From Vicinamibacterales bacterium (GTDB lineage: Bacteria; Acidobacteriota; Vicinamibacteria; Vicinamibacterales; UBA823): a DNA stretch of 64,000 nt. Under the pieces are notes generated by a model that was given only the letters and a program-made list of their open reading frames with translations, did no database searches and had not been told where the DNA came from. The stretch covers positions 482,014 through 546,013 of the forward strand of contig CAXXNN010000003.1 of NCBI GenBank assembly GCA_963667915.2, in the 5' to 3' direction. The position numbers and the translations under genes were made by a program. Positions 37,596 through 47,407 of this stretch are shown here, piece by piece. Positions within the stretch are counted from its first letter, which is position 1, and the number at the start of each line of letters is the position of its first letter.

Positions 37596-38690
37596 TCAAT
37601 TGGCCCAGGCGCCGCCGCCCTCAGAACCGAGGAGGCGGCTGACGCTGTGTGAGAGGCTGTCGACCGCGGCGATCGTTCGCGAGTAACGCATCCGCCGCGG
37701 GCCGATGATGCCGACACATCCCGTCTGGTGACCGTCGAAGTAGGTCGACGTGACCAGGCTGAGGGTCTGCAGCGTCTGCGTGCGGTGCTCGGTGCCAATC
37801 GTGATCGTCAGGCCCGGGTCGTCGATGTACTTGCTCAGCAGGTGCACCAGCCGGTCCTTCTCCTCGATTAAGCCAAAGAGCGCCCGGAGGGATGCCATCG
37901 ACAGTGACGCATCGCCGTCGTCTGCGTCATCCAGCAGTAGCGAAGCGCCTTGCACGAACAGCGGGCCGTCGGGCGGCATGTCGGCGAACGTGTCGCGCGC
38001 CAACCGCAGCGCGCGGGCACGCAGCGCATCGTAGAGCGTGCGCTCCTCCTCGAGCCGTTCGACGATTGCGGCCCGGACGTCCTGCAGCGGCATGCCCGCG
38101 AATTCCTGATTGAGGTAGTTGGTGGCCTGAGTGAGATCGGCCGGCCGCAACGCGTCGGCGACGCCGACGACCTTATGCGAGACATGCCCGGTGGCCGAGA
38201 CGACCACCACCATGACACGCTGGCGATCGAGCGCGACGAAGTCGATGTGTCGAAAGGCGACTGCGCCGCTCGACGGCGCCAGGGCGAAGCCGAGATGGTG
38301 CGAGGCCCGCGACAGCTCGCGCGAGACGGTGCTCAGCAGATCCTCCACCGTGGCCGCCCGACGCAGCCGTGCTTCGACGGTGCGGGATGAGCGCGCCGGC
38401 CGTCGTCCAACGAGCAGCAGATCCACGTAGCAGCGGTATCCGAGATCGGTCGGCACGCGGCCGGACGACGCATGCGGCTGGCGCACGTAGCCGAGGTGCT
38501 CCAGTTCGGTCATCGTCTTTCGCAGTGTCGCCGACGACATGCCGAAGCGGGCGTGCCGTGTCAGCCAGAGCGATGACACCGGCTCGCCGTGCTCGATGTA
38601 GGTTCGCACCACTGCCGACAGAATCGCGCGCGAGCGGTCGGAGAGCGGGGGGCTCGGCGTGGCTCGTCGGCCTTTTGAAACCGGTGTCAT
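37596..38690 (-). CDS. hrcA: Heat-inducible transcription repressor HrcA
   Basis: LSDRSRAILSAVVRTYIEHGEPVSS winged-helix N-terminus. ATG 38690 chosen; the tracked 503-aa ORF extends into xdhC-like. Confidence 0.85.
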   Translation of the reverse strand: MTPVSKGRRATPSPPLSDRSRAILSAVVRTYIEHGEPVSSLWLTRHARFGMSSATLRKTMTELEHLGYVRQPHASSGRVPTDLGYRCYVDLLLVGRRPARSSRTVEARLRRAATVEDLLSTVSRELSRASHHLGFALAPSSGAVAFRHIDFVALDRQRVMVVVVSATGHVSHKVVGVADALRPADLTQATNYLNQEFAGMPLQDVRAAIVERLEEERTLYDALRARALRLARDTFADMPPDGPLFVQGASLLLDDADDGDASLSMASLRALFGLIEEKDRLVHLLSKYIDDPGLTITIGTEHRTQTLQTLSLVTSTYFDGHQTGCVGIIGPRRMRYSRTIAAVDSLSHSVSRLLGSEGGGAWAN

Positions 38691-38740
38691 GAGTGCGCCC
38701 GCGTTCGTGGGAAAGCCATCGCGAATGCAGGGAATGTCAG

Positions 38741-39586
38741 TCAGCGTGTCTCGACGCTCTTCGGCGACCATCGTAGCGAGCGAACCGCGGGCTCGGCTCC
38801 AGTCCCGCCGGCCTTCCCGTACTTGACCGCGACCAGTTCGGCCAAGATACTCACGGCGATCTCCTGCGGGGTTACCGCGCCGATGTCGAGCCCGATCGGC
38901 GCGTGCACCCGTCGGAGGGACTCGGCCGGCATCGATTCTTCCAGCAGGGCCTCGAAGATCCGCGCGACTTTCGCGCGGCTGCCGATGAGTCCCAGGTATC
39001 GAAGGTCCCGAGCGGCCAGCGCGCGCAGCGCGTCCAGATCGTGCCGGTGGCCTCTCGTCACGATCACCGCGTAGGCATGAGGCGGAATATCCGCCCGGTG
39101 CAGCCACTCCGGAATCGGCTCGACGACAATCTCGGCCGCATCCGGAAATCGTTCGGCGTTCGCGAACTTTTCGCGATCGTCGACGACGTGGACGCGGAAC
39201 CCCACCCCGGCCGCGATGACGGCAAGGTGATGGGCCACGTGCCCCGCCCCCACGATGTACAGCGGTGGCGTCGGTTCGAGCGGCTCAATGTAGACTTCCA
39301 TCTGTCCACCACAAACGAGGCCGCTTTCCTCGGCGAAATCGTCGGTCAACTCGTAGTTGGCCAGGAGCGGCCGCCGGGTTTCCAGCGCCTCGCGTGCCTT
39401 CCAGAACGCGTCGTTCTCGTAGCAGCCGCCGCCGATGGTGCCGACCGTCCGGCCGTCCGCGTACACGAGCATCTTCGCGCCGACGCGCTGCGGTGTCGAT
39501 CCCTCGGTCTTGACGATCGTGACGAGAGCCGCCGACTCGCCGGCAGCCAGCGCCTTGGAGACGGCCGCGAAAACTTCCTGATTCAT
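38741..39586 (-). CDS. XdhC/CoxI-family accessory protein
   Basis: VKTEGSTPQRVGAKMLV...GTIGGGC and Rossmann-like IVGAGHVA motifs. Confidence 0.7.
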   Translation of the reverse strand: MNQEVFAAVSKALAAGESAALVTIVKTEGSTPQRVGAKMLVYADGRTVGTIGGGCYENDAFWKAREALETRRPLLANYELTDDFAEESGLVCGGQMEVYIEPLEPTPPLYIVGAGHVAHHLAVIAAGVGFRVHVVDDREKFANAERFPDAAEIVVEPIPEWLHRADIPPHAYAVIVTRGHRHDLDALRALAARDLRYLGLIGSRAKVARIFEALLEESMPAESLRRVHAPIGLDIGAVTPQEIAVSILAELVAVKYGKAGGTGAEPAVRSLRWSPKSVETR

Positions 39587-39650
39587 CGAGACGTTCGGGC
39601 CACCGGCGGATCGCACCGCCGGCCTGCGGTGCCGATTCCTTTGATTCTTG

Positions 39651-39659
39651 ATTATAGCA
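39651..39659 (-). promoter_or_regulatory. Extended -10 TGcTATAAT upstream of the xdhC-like gene
   Basis: Minus strand reads accCTGCTATAATcaag. Confidence 0.35.
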
Positions 39660-39700
39660 GGGTCGACTGATGGCTCGGGGCCGGGGTGAGCGGTGGGCTG

Positions 39701-42001
39701 CTAGGGCCGGTGTAGATGGCAATACACGACCGGCTCGCTGCCGGTCAGGAAGCTCTCGGTGAGGACTGCCGGACACTCCGGGCGGGCCAGCTCACCCGTC
39801 GTCGGATCGATCGCCACGAACCCGATGCCGATCGGCACGTCGAACGTTTTGGCCCGCTGGCCGGCGAGCGCGCTCGCCATGAAGGTCGTCCAGATCGGCA
39901 GCGCGGCCTGACTCCCGGAGAGTCCGAGTGGCTGGTTGTCATCCAGGCCGACCCAGACGACGGTCAGTAGGTCGGGCGTGAAGCCGACGAACCAGGCGTC
40001 GCGCAGGTCGTTGGTGGTCCCAGACTTTCCGGCGGCGTCGAGCCAGAAGCCGGCGGCGCGAACCGCCGCCGCCGTGCCGTCGCGCAGGACGCTCCGCATC
40101 ATATTGGTCACGAGATAGGTCACGTCCGGACGGGCGACCCGCCGAGGTTGTGCGGCGGGTGTCTCGATGTCGCGGTCGCCGTCGCGGATCGACCGGATGA
40201 CCCGCAATGGACGATGCACGCCGTTTGTCGCCAGGACGCCGTACGCGCTGGCCATTTCAAGCGGCGTGGTTTCGAAAGCGCCGAGTGCGATTGATGGATA
40301 GGGATCGATTGGACTGCCGCCGACGCGCTGCCAAAGCGCGGCCAGCCGGTCGTAGCCGGCCATTTCGGCGACCTTGACGGCGGCGACGTTGCGCGAGCGG
40401 GCCAGCGCCTGGCGCAGCGTGATCGGACCGTCGTACTGGCCGCCGTAGTTGTCGGGGCGCCAGAGTCGCGCGTCGTCGATGAACGTCGTCGGCTCGTCGT
40501 AGACAACCGTGGCCGGGGTGAAGTCGGTGCGATGGTCGAGGAACGCGCGCTCGAAGGCCGCCAGGTAGACGAATGGCTTGAACACCGAGCCGGGCTGGCG
40601 CCGAGCGTGTGTCGCCCGGTTGAACTGCGACTGGCCGTACGCGCGGCCGCCGACGAGCGCCAGGATCTCCCCCGTGCGGGGATTGGTGGCGATCAGCGCT
40701 GCCTGGGCGGTGCGCCCATTCGCCGTGAGCCGTCGATCCACGGCATCGAGCCCGTCGCGGACCGCCCGCTGGGCGAGGCGCTGCAGGTGGAGGTCGAGCG
40801 TCGTCCGGACGACGACCGGCGCGGTCGAGCGCATCAACTCCGGGTGTCGGTCCGATATCACCTGGCCGACGACGTCTACGAAGTAGGGGGCTTCGTCTTC
40901 GAGGGCGAAGGACGTGACGACGAGCGGCTGGACTATCGCCGCGCTCATCGCAGCCGCCGAGACGAAGCCGGCGTCGCTCATCGCCTGCAGGACGACGTCC
41001 CGTCGTGCCCGGGCGCGATCGGGATGCCGGAACGGCGAGTAGGTCTGGGGCGCCTGGATGACGCCGGCGATTGTCGCGGCCTCGGGCAGCGACACATTGG
41101 CGACATCCTTGCCGAAGAAGATCCGGGCCGCTTCGGCGACGCCGTGAATGGCGAATGATCCGCGGTGACCGAGGTACACTTCGTTCACATACAGCTCGAG
41201 GATTTCGGCCTTCGTGAGCCGCTGCTCCAAGCTCACCGACAACAGTTGTTCCGTGATCTTCCGGCGAAGCGTCTTCTCAGGCGTCAACAGCGTGTTCTTG
41301 ACGAGCTGCTGGGTGAGCGTGCTGCCGCCGACGAGGTACGGCCGGTCACCGATCAGGTTCGTGACGAGTGCGCCCACCATCCTGAGCGGGTCCACACCGG
41401 CGTGCTCGTAGAACCGGCGATCCTCGATCGCAAGCACGGCGTGAATCATCGGCTCCGGAATGTCGTCGAGCGCCGTGGGCCGCCGCTTCTGCCTGGCGGC
41501 CTCGCCGAGCGACGTGAGGAGCGGCGCTTCGAGGTCGAGCCGGCTCAGTCGTTCGCCGCCGACGATCTGCAGCCGGCGCACCCGCGGGTCGGCCAGTCTC
41601 CGCGTGAAGTGAATCCGGACGATCTGTCCGGCGTAGGTGCCGCCGCTGGGGGCGAGGACGACCGTGTCCGGACCGATCGTGAATTGTCTTGGCTGGCTGG
41701 CGCGGGGTCGCTCCTTATACCCCAGCACGTTCAGTCGGGCCACCAGCTGCGCCGGCGTCATCGCTTGCCCTTCCCAGAGCTCGAGGGGTCGAGCGAACAC
41801 CTGGAGCCTAGGTGGGTGTCGGTCGGGGCGCAGCCGGTCGTCGAGATCCGCGGCCAGGCGAATGACTCCGTAACCAAACGTGACGCCGCCTGCGACCAGG
41901 ACCAGGCCGGTCGAGACGAGGAGGGCGCGCAGCGTCGACCGTCGGTGCCGGGCCGGTCGGCGGCGCCGCCGGCGTACGCGAATCCGGAGTGGTTTGGGCA
42001 T
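39701..42001 (-). CDS. mrcA: Class A penicillin-binding protein (transglycosylase/transpeptidase, PBP1A-type)
   Basis: IEDRRFYEH and GGSTLTQQL glycosyltransferase motifs, SVFKP (SxxK) and KSGTTND (KTG-type). Start at 42001; the upstream 46 codons of the tracked ORF are repeat-element sequence. Confidence 0.85.
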   Translation of the reverse strand: MPKPLRIRVRRRRRRPARHRRSTLRALLVSTGLVLVAGGVTFGYGVIRLAADLDDRLRPDRHPPRLQVFARPLELWEGQAMTPAQLVARLNVLGYKERPRASQPRQFTIGPDTVVLAPSGGTYAGQIVRIHFTRRLADPRVRRLQIVGGERLSRLDLEAPLLTSLGEAARQKRRPTALDDIPEPMIHAVLAIEDRRFYEHAGVDPLRMVGALVTNLIGDRPYLVGGSTLTQQLVKNTLLTPEKTLRRKITEQLLSVSLEQRLTKAEILELYVNEVYLGHRGSFAIHGVAEAARIFFGKDVANVSLPEAATIAGVIQAPQTYSPFRHPDRARARRDVVLQAMSDAGFVSAAAMSAAIVQPLVVTSFALEDEAPYFVDVVGQVISDRHPELMRSTAPVVVRTTLDLHLQRLAQRAVRDGLDAVDRRLTANGRTAQAALIATNPRTGEILALVGGRAYGQSQFNRATHARRQPGSVFKPFVYLAAFERAFLDHRTDFTPATVVYDEPTTFIDDARLWRPDNYGGQYDGPITLRQALARSRNVAAVKVAEMAGYDRLAALWQRVGGSPIDPYPSIALGAFETTPLEMASAYGVLATNGVHRPLRVIRSIRDGDRDIETPAAQPRRVARPDVTYLVTNMMRSVLRDGTAAAVRAAGFWLDAAGKSGTTNDLRDAWFVGFTPDLLTVVWVGLDDNQPLGLSGSQAALPIWTTFMASALAGQRAKTFDVPIGIGFVAIDPTTGELARPECPAVLTESFLTGSEPVVYCHLHRP

Positions 42002-42051
42002 CAGTGTCGGCGGCGGACGGCCAGTCGCTGCTATCTGGGCCGGTGGGGCGC

Positions 42052-42229
42052 CGACCAGCCCGTGGTGAAAGTCCCGCTGCATTCGACCGCCGATGCATCC
42101 CGCCATGGGCGGCGCTGGGCTTTGTTCACGATGGGTCAAATACTCCCGGTATTTTCCCTCCTCGCGCCTTGCGGGGTGGGCGCCTCGGCGGCCTCGGTGC
42201 CACGCTGGACTTTCACCACGGACTGCTAG
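42052..42229 (-). repeat. CTAG-ended inverted-repeat element, copy C (inverted orientation)
   Basis: cagcccgtggtgaaagtc ... gactttcaccacggactgctag. Interior matches the reverse complement of copies A and B. Confidence 0.8.
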
Positions 42230-42230
42230 C

Positions 42231-42993
42231 CCTACTTATCGGTCGATGGCGGCAGGCCGCGCACGGCGCGGCCCGCGCGGAAGCGGTGCGGGGCGTTTGG
42301 GGTCCCCGCGAGCGCCCGAGCCGGGGTGTGGGGGGTTGGGCCTGCTGATCGGTCGATGGCGGCAGGCCGCGCACGGCGCGGCCCGCGCGGAAGCGGTGCG
42401 GGGCGTTTGGGGTCCCCGCGAGCGCCCGAGCCGGGGTGTGGGGGGTTGGGCCTGCTGATCGGTCGATGGCGGCAGGCCGCGCACGGCGCGGCCCGCGAGG
42501 GCGCGGTGCGGGGCGTTTGGGGTCCCCGCGAGCGCCCGAGCCGGGGTGTGGGGGGTTGGGCCTGCTGATCGGTCGATGGCGGCAGGCCGCGCACGGCGCG
42601 GCCCGCGCGGAAGCGGCGCGGGGCATTCGGGGTCCCCGCGAGCGCCCGAGCCGGGGTGTGGGGGGTTGGGCCTGCTGATCGGTCGATGGCGGCAGGCCGC
42701 GCACGGCGCGGCCCGCGAGGGCGCGGTGCGGGGCGTTTGGGGTCCCCGCGAGCGCCCGAGCCGGGGTGTGGGGGGTTGGGCCTGCTGATCGGTCGATGGC
42801 GGCAGGCCGCGCACGGCGCGGCCCGCGAGGGCGCGGTGCGGGGCGTTTGGGGTCCCCGCGAGCGCCCGAGCCGGGGTGTGGGGGGTTGGGCCTGCTGATC
42901 GGTCGATGGCGGCAGGCCGCGCACGGCGCGGCCCGCGAGGGCGCGGTGCGGGGCGTTTGGGGTCCCCGCGAGCGCCCGAGCCGGGGTGTGGGG
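42231..42993. repeat. Tandem satellite, 110-bp unit x ~6.9
   Basis: Unit starts at 42241, 42351, 42461, 42571, 42681, 42791 and 42901. Units are nearly identical, with two haplotypes differing at 3 positions. Confidence 0.95.
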
Positions 42994-43005
42994 CAGAGCC
43001 CCACT

Positions 43006-44703
43006 CTAAGGAGTGATGAGCCAGTGGTGACGCGGATCGAGGGGCAGCTCGGCGAGCAGGCGCTCGACGAGGCCCGGGCCGTAGCGGTTCAGGAAGCCGA
43101 TGGAGCCCAGCGTGCGTTCCTGCGGATGGCCGTCGGGAAAGGCCTGGGTGCGGGCGCGCGTGAACTGGCGGCGCAGTGTTTCGTCGCGACGTTTCGCCGC
43201 CTGGAGAACCTTGTGGTGGAGCGTCTTCAGGTCCTTCTCCATGCGCCCGAGCGTCGAGCGGGCCGCGCCCGCCAACGTCGGATCGACCGCGGGTACCACG
43301 TTGGCGATCGTGCCGAGCCGCTCCTGGAGCGCGCGGCGGGCGTCGTCGATCGCTTGCTCGACCGACGGGGGCAGCTGCGCCTCCAACAGACGGTTGAGGG
43401 CGGCTTCGTCCTGCGGCTGGAGCGCTTCGAACGGCAGGTGGTGGCGGGTCAAGAACTTGAAGCTGGCCGAGTCGACGAGCGTGGCGCTGTCGCGCGCGTG
43501 AATGAGCGGCATCGGCAGCTCGAAGTGCTCGTAGACGGTCTTCAGCTGGGCGAGGTAGGCGAGCTCGCTCGGTCCGGCCACGTAGCAGACCGTCGGAAAC
43601 AAGCTGTCCTGGACCAGCGGCCGCAGCAGGACGTTCGGACTGAACTGCCCCGGGTGACGCTCGAGCAGGCCGAGCAATTCGTTGCCGTCAGTTGGACGGT
43701 CACCGACGGTGAATCCGTCGGCCGTTCGCCGGATGGCGGCCCTGGCGCCGTCGACATGAAACAGCGCCACGCTGTCCGGGTGCGGCGTCACCTGGGCGTG
43801 GTACCCCTCTGCCGTCAGGGCCGCGCCGGCCTCGGTGGCCAGTGTCGCGGTGCGAACGTCACGCAGCTCACGCTCGAAGAGGCCCCGCACGAACGGCTTG
43901 GCGGCCGGATCGTACGAGTCGAAGACGATCAGACCGTGCCGCCCGAGGACCGCTTCCAGCCAGCGCCCGAAGGCGTCGGCCATGCCGGCGCCGCGCGGGT
44001 ACGCGCGGCGAAGCTGGTCGAGGACCGGGCCCGTGAATTCGGTCGGCGGGAGCGTCCCACCGAGCGCGTCCAGCACCTGCTCGACGTCCTGGCCGATCTT
44101 CAAGGCTCCGATCGGCGCGGCGCCGGCACCGGGCGGCGGGCTCAGCGTCAGGCGCTGGAGCTGCCCGTCGGCGTCGAGCACCGCGCACGAGGCCACCTCC
44201 TCCCAGTCGTGGTCCTCCGCGTCGATCCAGAACACCGGCACGGCGGGGACGCCGTACGTCTGGGTGGCCCGCGCCGCGAGCTGGATAGCGGTCAGGGCTT
44301 TCAACAGCGTGTAGAGGGGGCCGCCGAACAGGCCGGCCTGCTGGCCGGTGACGATCGCAACCGTGTCGGGCGATCGAAGCCGCTCGACCGCGGCGGCCGC
44401 CTCGGGCGGCGCCTCGCGTCCGTGCTGCTGCGCGACAAGGACGTCGGCGAATTCGGCGGGCGGGCGCACCGTCGTGCGACGGGCGATCGCGGCGCGCCAG
44501 TCCGACGCGTCCGAGGGATCACCGGCGAAGAACGGGGCGAGCGTCGAGAAATCGGTGGCGTAGTCGGCAGCCAGACGGCGGATCCAGGGGAACCGACTGA
44601 TGTCGATCGCGTGTTGCACCGACGTGTCTGAGGGAATCACGAATCCGGAGAGTACCGTGGTCTGATTAGACTGTCTCAGAGCCCCGCGCGACCTGTCAAG
44701 CAA
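43006..44703 (-). CDS. bshC: Bacillithiol biosynthesis cysteine-adding enzyme BshC
   Basis: TGQQAGLFGGPLYTLLKALTAIQLA signature. True start uncertain (alternative GTG 44640). Confidence 0.75.
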   Translation of the reverse strand: MLDRSRGALRQSNQTTVLSGFVIPSDTSVQHAIDISRFPWIRRLAADYATDFSTLAPFFAGDPSDASDWRAAIARRTTVRPPAEFADVLVAQQHGREAPPEAAAAVERLRSPDTVAIVTGQQAGLFGGPLYTLLKALTAIQLAARATQTYGVPAVPVFWIDAEDHDWEEVASCAVLDADGQLQRLTLSPPPGAGAAPIGALKIGQDVEQVLDALGGTLPPTEFTGPVLDQLRRAYPRGAGMADAFGRWLEAVLGRHGLIVFDSYDPAAKPFVRGLFERELRDVRTATLATEAGAALTAEGYHAQVTPHPDSVALFHVDGARAAIRRTADGFTVGDRPTDGNELLGLLERHPGQFSPNVLLRPLVQDSLFPTVCYVAGPSELAYLAQLKTVYEHFELPMPLIHARDSATLVDSASFKFLTRHHLPFEALQPQDEAALNRLLEAQLPPSVEQAIDDARRALQERLGTIANVVPAVDPTLAGAARSTLGRMEKDLKTLHHKVLQAAKRRDETLRRQFTRARTQAFPDGHPQERTLGSIGFLNRYGPGLVERLLAELPLDPRHHWLITP

Positions 44704-44738
44704 GCCGATCCGCAGGTATCGGTCGATGACCTATCGCG

Positions 44739-44767
44739 TTGAAGCCTCGAAGCTTCCATGCTAGCAT
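44739..44767 (+). promoter_or_regulatory. Promoter TTGAAG-N17-(TGc)TAGCAT for the pseudokinase gene
   Basis: -35 at 44739-44744, extended -10 at 44759-44767, followed by GGAGGA 44781-44786 and CTG 44795. Confidence 0.4.
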
Positions 44768-44794
44768 TCTGCTACCTGCCGGAGGATACCTGCA

Positions 44795-47407
44795 CTGACG
44801 CCCGACGAAGCGAGCTCGTTTCCGCAGCCCGGTGCGTTCGGCCCCTATCGGGTCCTGCACCAGATCGGGGTGGGCGTCCTTGGTCCCGTCTTCCGCACCT
44901 ACGATCCCGAGCGCGACCGCCTGGTCGCGGTGAAAGTCTTTCGGCTCGACATCACTCCTGAACAAGCGCGCACGCTGGCCGAGTCCCTGAACCGCATGTC
45001 CGAGATCGGGCTGTCCGAGCCCGGGCTGGTGACGCCGCTCAAGGCCGGGGTCCAGGAAACGGTCGCCTACCTCGCCCAGGAGTACGTCACCGCCGAGTCG
45101 CTCGACGTCGCGATGCGCAACTACGCACCGGCGACGATCGACCGGGCCGCGCCGTTCGTGTCTCAGCTCGCCGGCGCCATCGACGGGGCACGCGCGGCCG
45201 GCGTGCTTCACGGCGCGCTGCATCCCAGGGATATTTTCATTACGCCAGATTCCGCGCAGGCGACCGGGTTCGGCGTCGTGTCTGCGCTGGAGGAAGTGGG
45301 CCTGCGTGGGCCGGTACGGCGACCGTACACGGCGCCGGAGCGTGTCGCCGGGACCGACTGGGGGCCGGGCGCCGACATCTTTTCGCTTGCGGTAATTACC
45401 TACGAGTTGCTCACGGGAAAACGGCCGGCGGGAACGGGCGCGGAGGCCGCACGCGAGCTGCGGGAGAGCCCGGCGTCGAGCAGTTCCGAGTTGGAACAGC
45501 TGTTCGCGGCGGCGCTGGCCGAGCGCCCCGAAGACCGGCCCCGGACGGCGCAGGAATTCGCGTCGGCGTTCGAAGCGTTGGGGTCGGGCGCCGGCACGGG
45601 TGACGTGACACAGGTGCCCGCGCCGCCGCCCGGGCTGGCCAAGGCCGGGCCGGACGAGCCGGCAGTGGACGAGCCGGTGGCTCCCGGGGATACGCCGTCG
45701 GGCGGCGGTGTGGCCGCGGATCTCGTCGTCGAGCCGACGGCCGTCTTCGAGCAGGACGATTCGGCTCCCGAGGCATGGGACAGCGAGGCTCAGCAACCGA
45801 CGACGTGGCGGATCGGGTCGGAGACGACCGACAGCGCCAAGGCGCCCGAGCCGCCGCCGGATTCGGAGTCGGCGGATGTCGCGTCGGATCCGCCGGCGGT
45901 CGTCGACGAAGTGCCGGCCCCACCCGCGTCGGCGCAGCCCGCGACCCCGGTGGATGAGGCCCCCCCCGACGAACTGGCGGCCTGGCTCACGTCGGTCGAG
46001 TTGGCTGATGGACAGCAACCGCCAAGGCGTCCAGACTCCGGCGAGATCGATCGCCTGCTGAGCACGCCGGAGGCGAGCGAGGCGCTGACCGAGCCGTCGG
46101 ATCCCGAGGCCGAGCAGCCACCTGCACCGGAGCGGCCGGCGCCGCCCCAGCCGCGCCGGTCGTTGTTCGATACCGAGCCGGTCGTGATGCCGGGGGCGTC
46201 GGGGTCCGAGCCTGCCGCGGCGGCTGCTCCGGAGCCTCCGGAGGTGCGGGCGCCGGCGCCGGAGCCCGAGATCGAGCCAGAGGTGGACCAGGCGGTCGAG
46301 GATGTATCGCCGATGTTTCAGAGTGCTCCTCGCTCGGCCGCGCCGGAGGCGCCGTCGCTGTCGTCCGCGGGTGCGAACGAGTCAGTGCCCGTCACCTCCG
46401 AGTCCAGGTCGTTCTTCGGCTCGGGGGCCGCATCGGATGCGGAGTCCGAAGTGGCTGGCAGTCGTTCGGGCAGCTTGCTGTTGGACAACGGCGACATCGA
46501 CCAGGAGATCGAGGCCGAGTTGACTACAGAGGCGCCGACGAAGTGGACCCCGACGTTGCCCTTCGCGCTGGCGCTCATTCTTGGCATTCTGGTCGCCTTC
46601 GTCGCCGGCTACGGCCTAGGGTCGCGGGGAACGGAGTCTGCGCCGGCAGAGTCGGCCGGCGCGCCGCCGGTTCCGGCGGCCGGGCCGGCGCCGCCGCCCG
46701 CGCCTGAGCCTGATGCGACGAACGACGCGGAGGCCGCCGCGGCCGAGGCGGCACCTGAACTGGTTCCGGTCACCGAGTCTATGCCGGAAGCGATTCCCGA
46801 GCCCGAACCGGTGACGCCGGCGCCGGCGCCGCCCGAACTGGTCGATGCCCCGGGGTTGGTCGCCGAGGCGCCGTCCGCGGACGTATTGCCGGCCCCGACA
46901 CCACCGGTGGCGGTCGGCCGGCTCTTGATTCGATCGAGTCCACCCGGCGCCCAGGTCGTCTTCAACGACCGGGCGGCCGGCATCACGCCGCTGGCGGTGG
47001 GCGACCTGCCGTATGGCGACTACATGATCCGAATCAGCCGCGCCGGGTACCGCGTCGAGTTGCTCAGCGTATCGATCACGGCGGGCAGCCCGGTGGCCGC
47101 CGTGGAATTGGCGCTGATCGAATTGGGTGACACGTCACCGCCGGCGGCAGCGCCCGCCGCGCAGCCGGCGCCGTCCGCCGTCGCGGTCGAGACGGGTACG
47201 GTCATGGTGAACACCCGGCCGGGCGGGGCGGAGGTCTACGTCGACGGCCGGCTGGTCGGCGCCACGCCTCTGACCCTTGTCGACGTGGCTCCTGGTTCGC
47301 ACGCCATCCGTCTCGTGCGCGCGGGCTACCGCGAGTGGACGACGACGATCGATGTCGCGGCCGGTCAGGAGGTGCTCGTGGCGGCGTCTCTCGAGGGTAC
47401 GCCGTGA
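44795..47407 (+). CDS. Kinase-like (predicted catalytically dead) protein with TM segment and two C-terminal PEGA domains; probable CTG start
   Basis: G-loop [16 protein letters not shown] and APE are present, but HRD is replaced by HGALHPRD and DFG by GFG. PEGA-like [16 protein letters not shown] and [22 protein letters not shown] sits 8 nt before in-frame CTG 44795; the first canonical start (GTG 44870) would delete the G-loop. Confidence 0.7.
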   Translation: MTPDEASSFPQPGAFGPYRVLHQIGVGVLGPVFRTYDPERDRLVAVKVFRLDITPEQARTLAESLNRMSEIGLSEPGLVTPLKAGVQETVAYLAQEYVTAESLDVAMRNYAPATIDRAAPFVSQLAGAIDGARAAGVLHGALHPRDIFITPDSAQATGFGVVSALEEVGLRGPVRRPYTAPERVAGTDWGPGADIFSLAVITYELLTGKRPAGTGAEAARELRESPASSSSELEQLFAAALAERPEDRPRTAQEFASAFEALGSGAGTGDVTQVPAPPPGLAKAGPDEPAVDEPVAPGDTPSGGGVAADLVVEPTAVFEQDDSAPEAWDSEAQQPTTWRIGSETTDSAKAPEPPPDSESADVASDPPAVVDEVPAPPASAQPATPVDEAPPDELAAWLTSVELADGQQPPRRPDSGEIDRLLSTPEASEALTEPSDPEAEQPPAPERPAPPQPRRSLFDTEPVVMPGASGSEPAAAAAPEPPEVRAPAPEPEIEPEVDQAVEDVSPMFQSAPRSAAPEAPSLSSAGANESVPVTSESRSFFGSGAASDAESEVAGSRSGSLLLDNGDIDQEIEAELTTEAPTKWTPTLPFALALILGILVAFVAGYGLGSRGTESAPAESAGAPPVPAAGPAPPPAPEPDATNDAEAAAAEAAPELVPVTESMPEAIPEPEPVTPAPAPPELVDAPGLVAEAPSADVLPAPTPPVAVGRLLIRSSPPGAQVVFNDRAAGITPLAVGDLPYGDYMIRISRAGYRVELLSVSITAGSPVAAVELALIELGDTSPPAAAPAAQPAPSAVAVETGTVMVNTRPGGAEVYVDGRLVGATPLTLVDVAPGSHAIRLVRAGYREWTTTIDVAAGQEVLVAASLEGTP

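Noticed and set aside
38691-38740. CIRCE operator (TTAGCACTC-N9-GAGTGCTAA) expected upstream of hrcA-grpE-dnaJ.
   Set aside because: Only a GAGTGC half-like hexamer abuts the start codon and the partner half is absent. No convincing inverted repeat is present in the 50-bp spacer. dnaK is also not in this operon.
38691-39107. A 503-aa version of hrcA starting at 39107.
   Set aside because: The extension overlaps the xdhC-like gene. The HrcA winged-helix N-terminus aligns from ATG 38690.
42231-42993. CRISPR array interpretation of the 110-bp repeats (and likewise of the 58-bp repeats at 60909-61121).
   Set aside because: Whole units are repeated with no unique spacers between them. The unit sizes are wrong for repeat-plus-spacer, and no cas genes lie nearby.
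42213-43004. Multiple overlapping ORFs of 80-263 aa on both strands inside the 110-bp array (repetitive PRLGRSRGPQTPRTA... peptides).
   Set aside because: The repeat period of 110 is not divisible by 3 and every frame is open because of about 80% GC. The same DNA would have to be read in all three frames in successive units. I treat it as non-coding.
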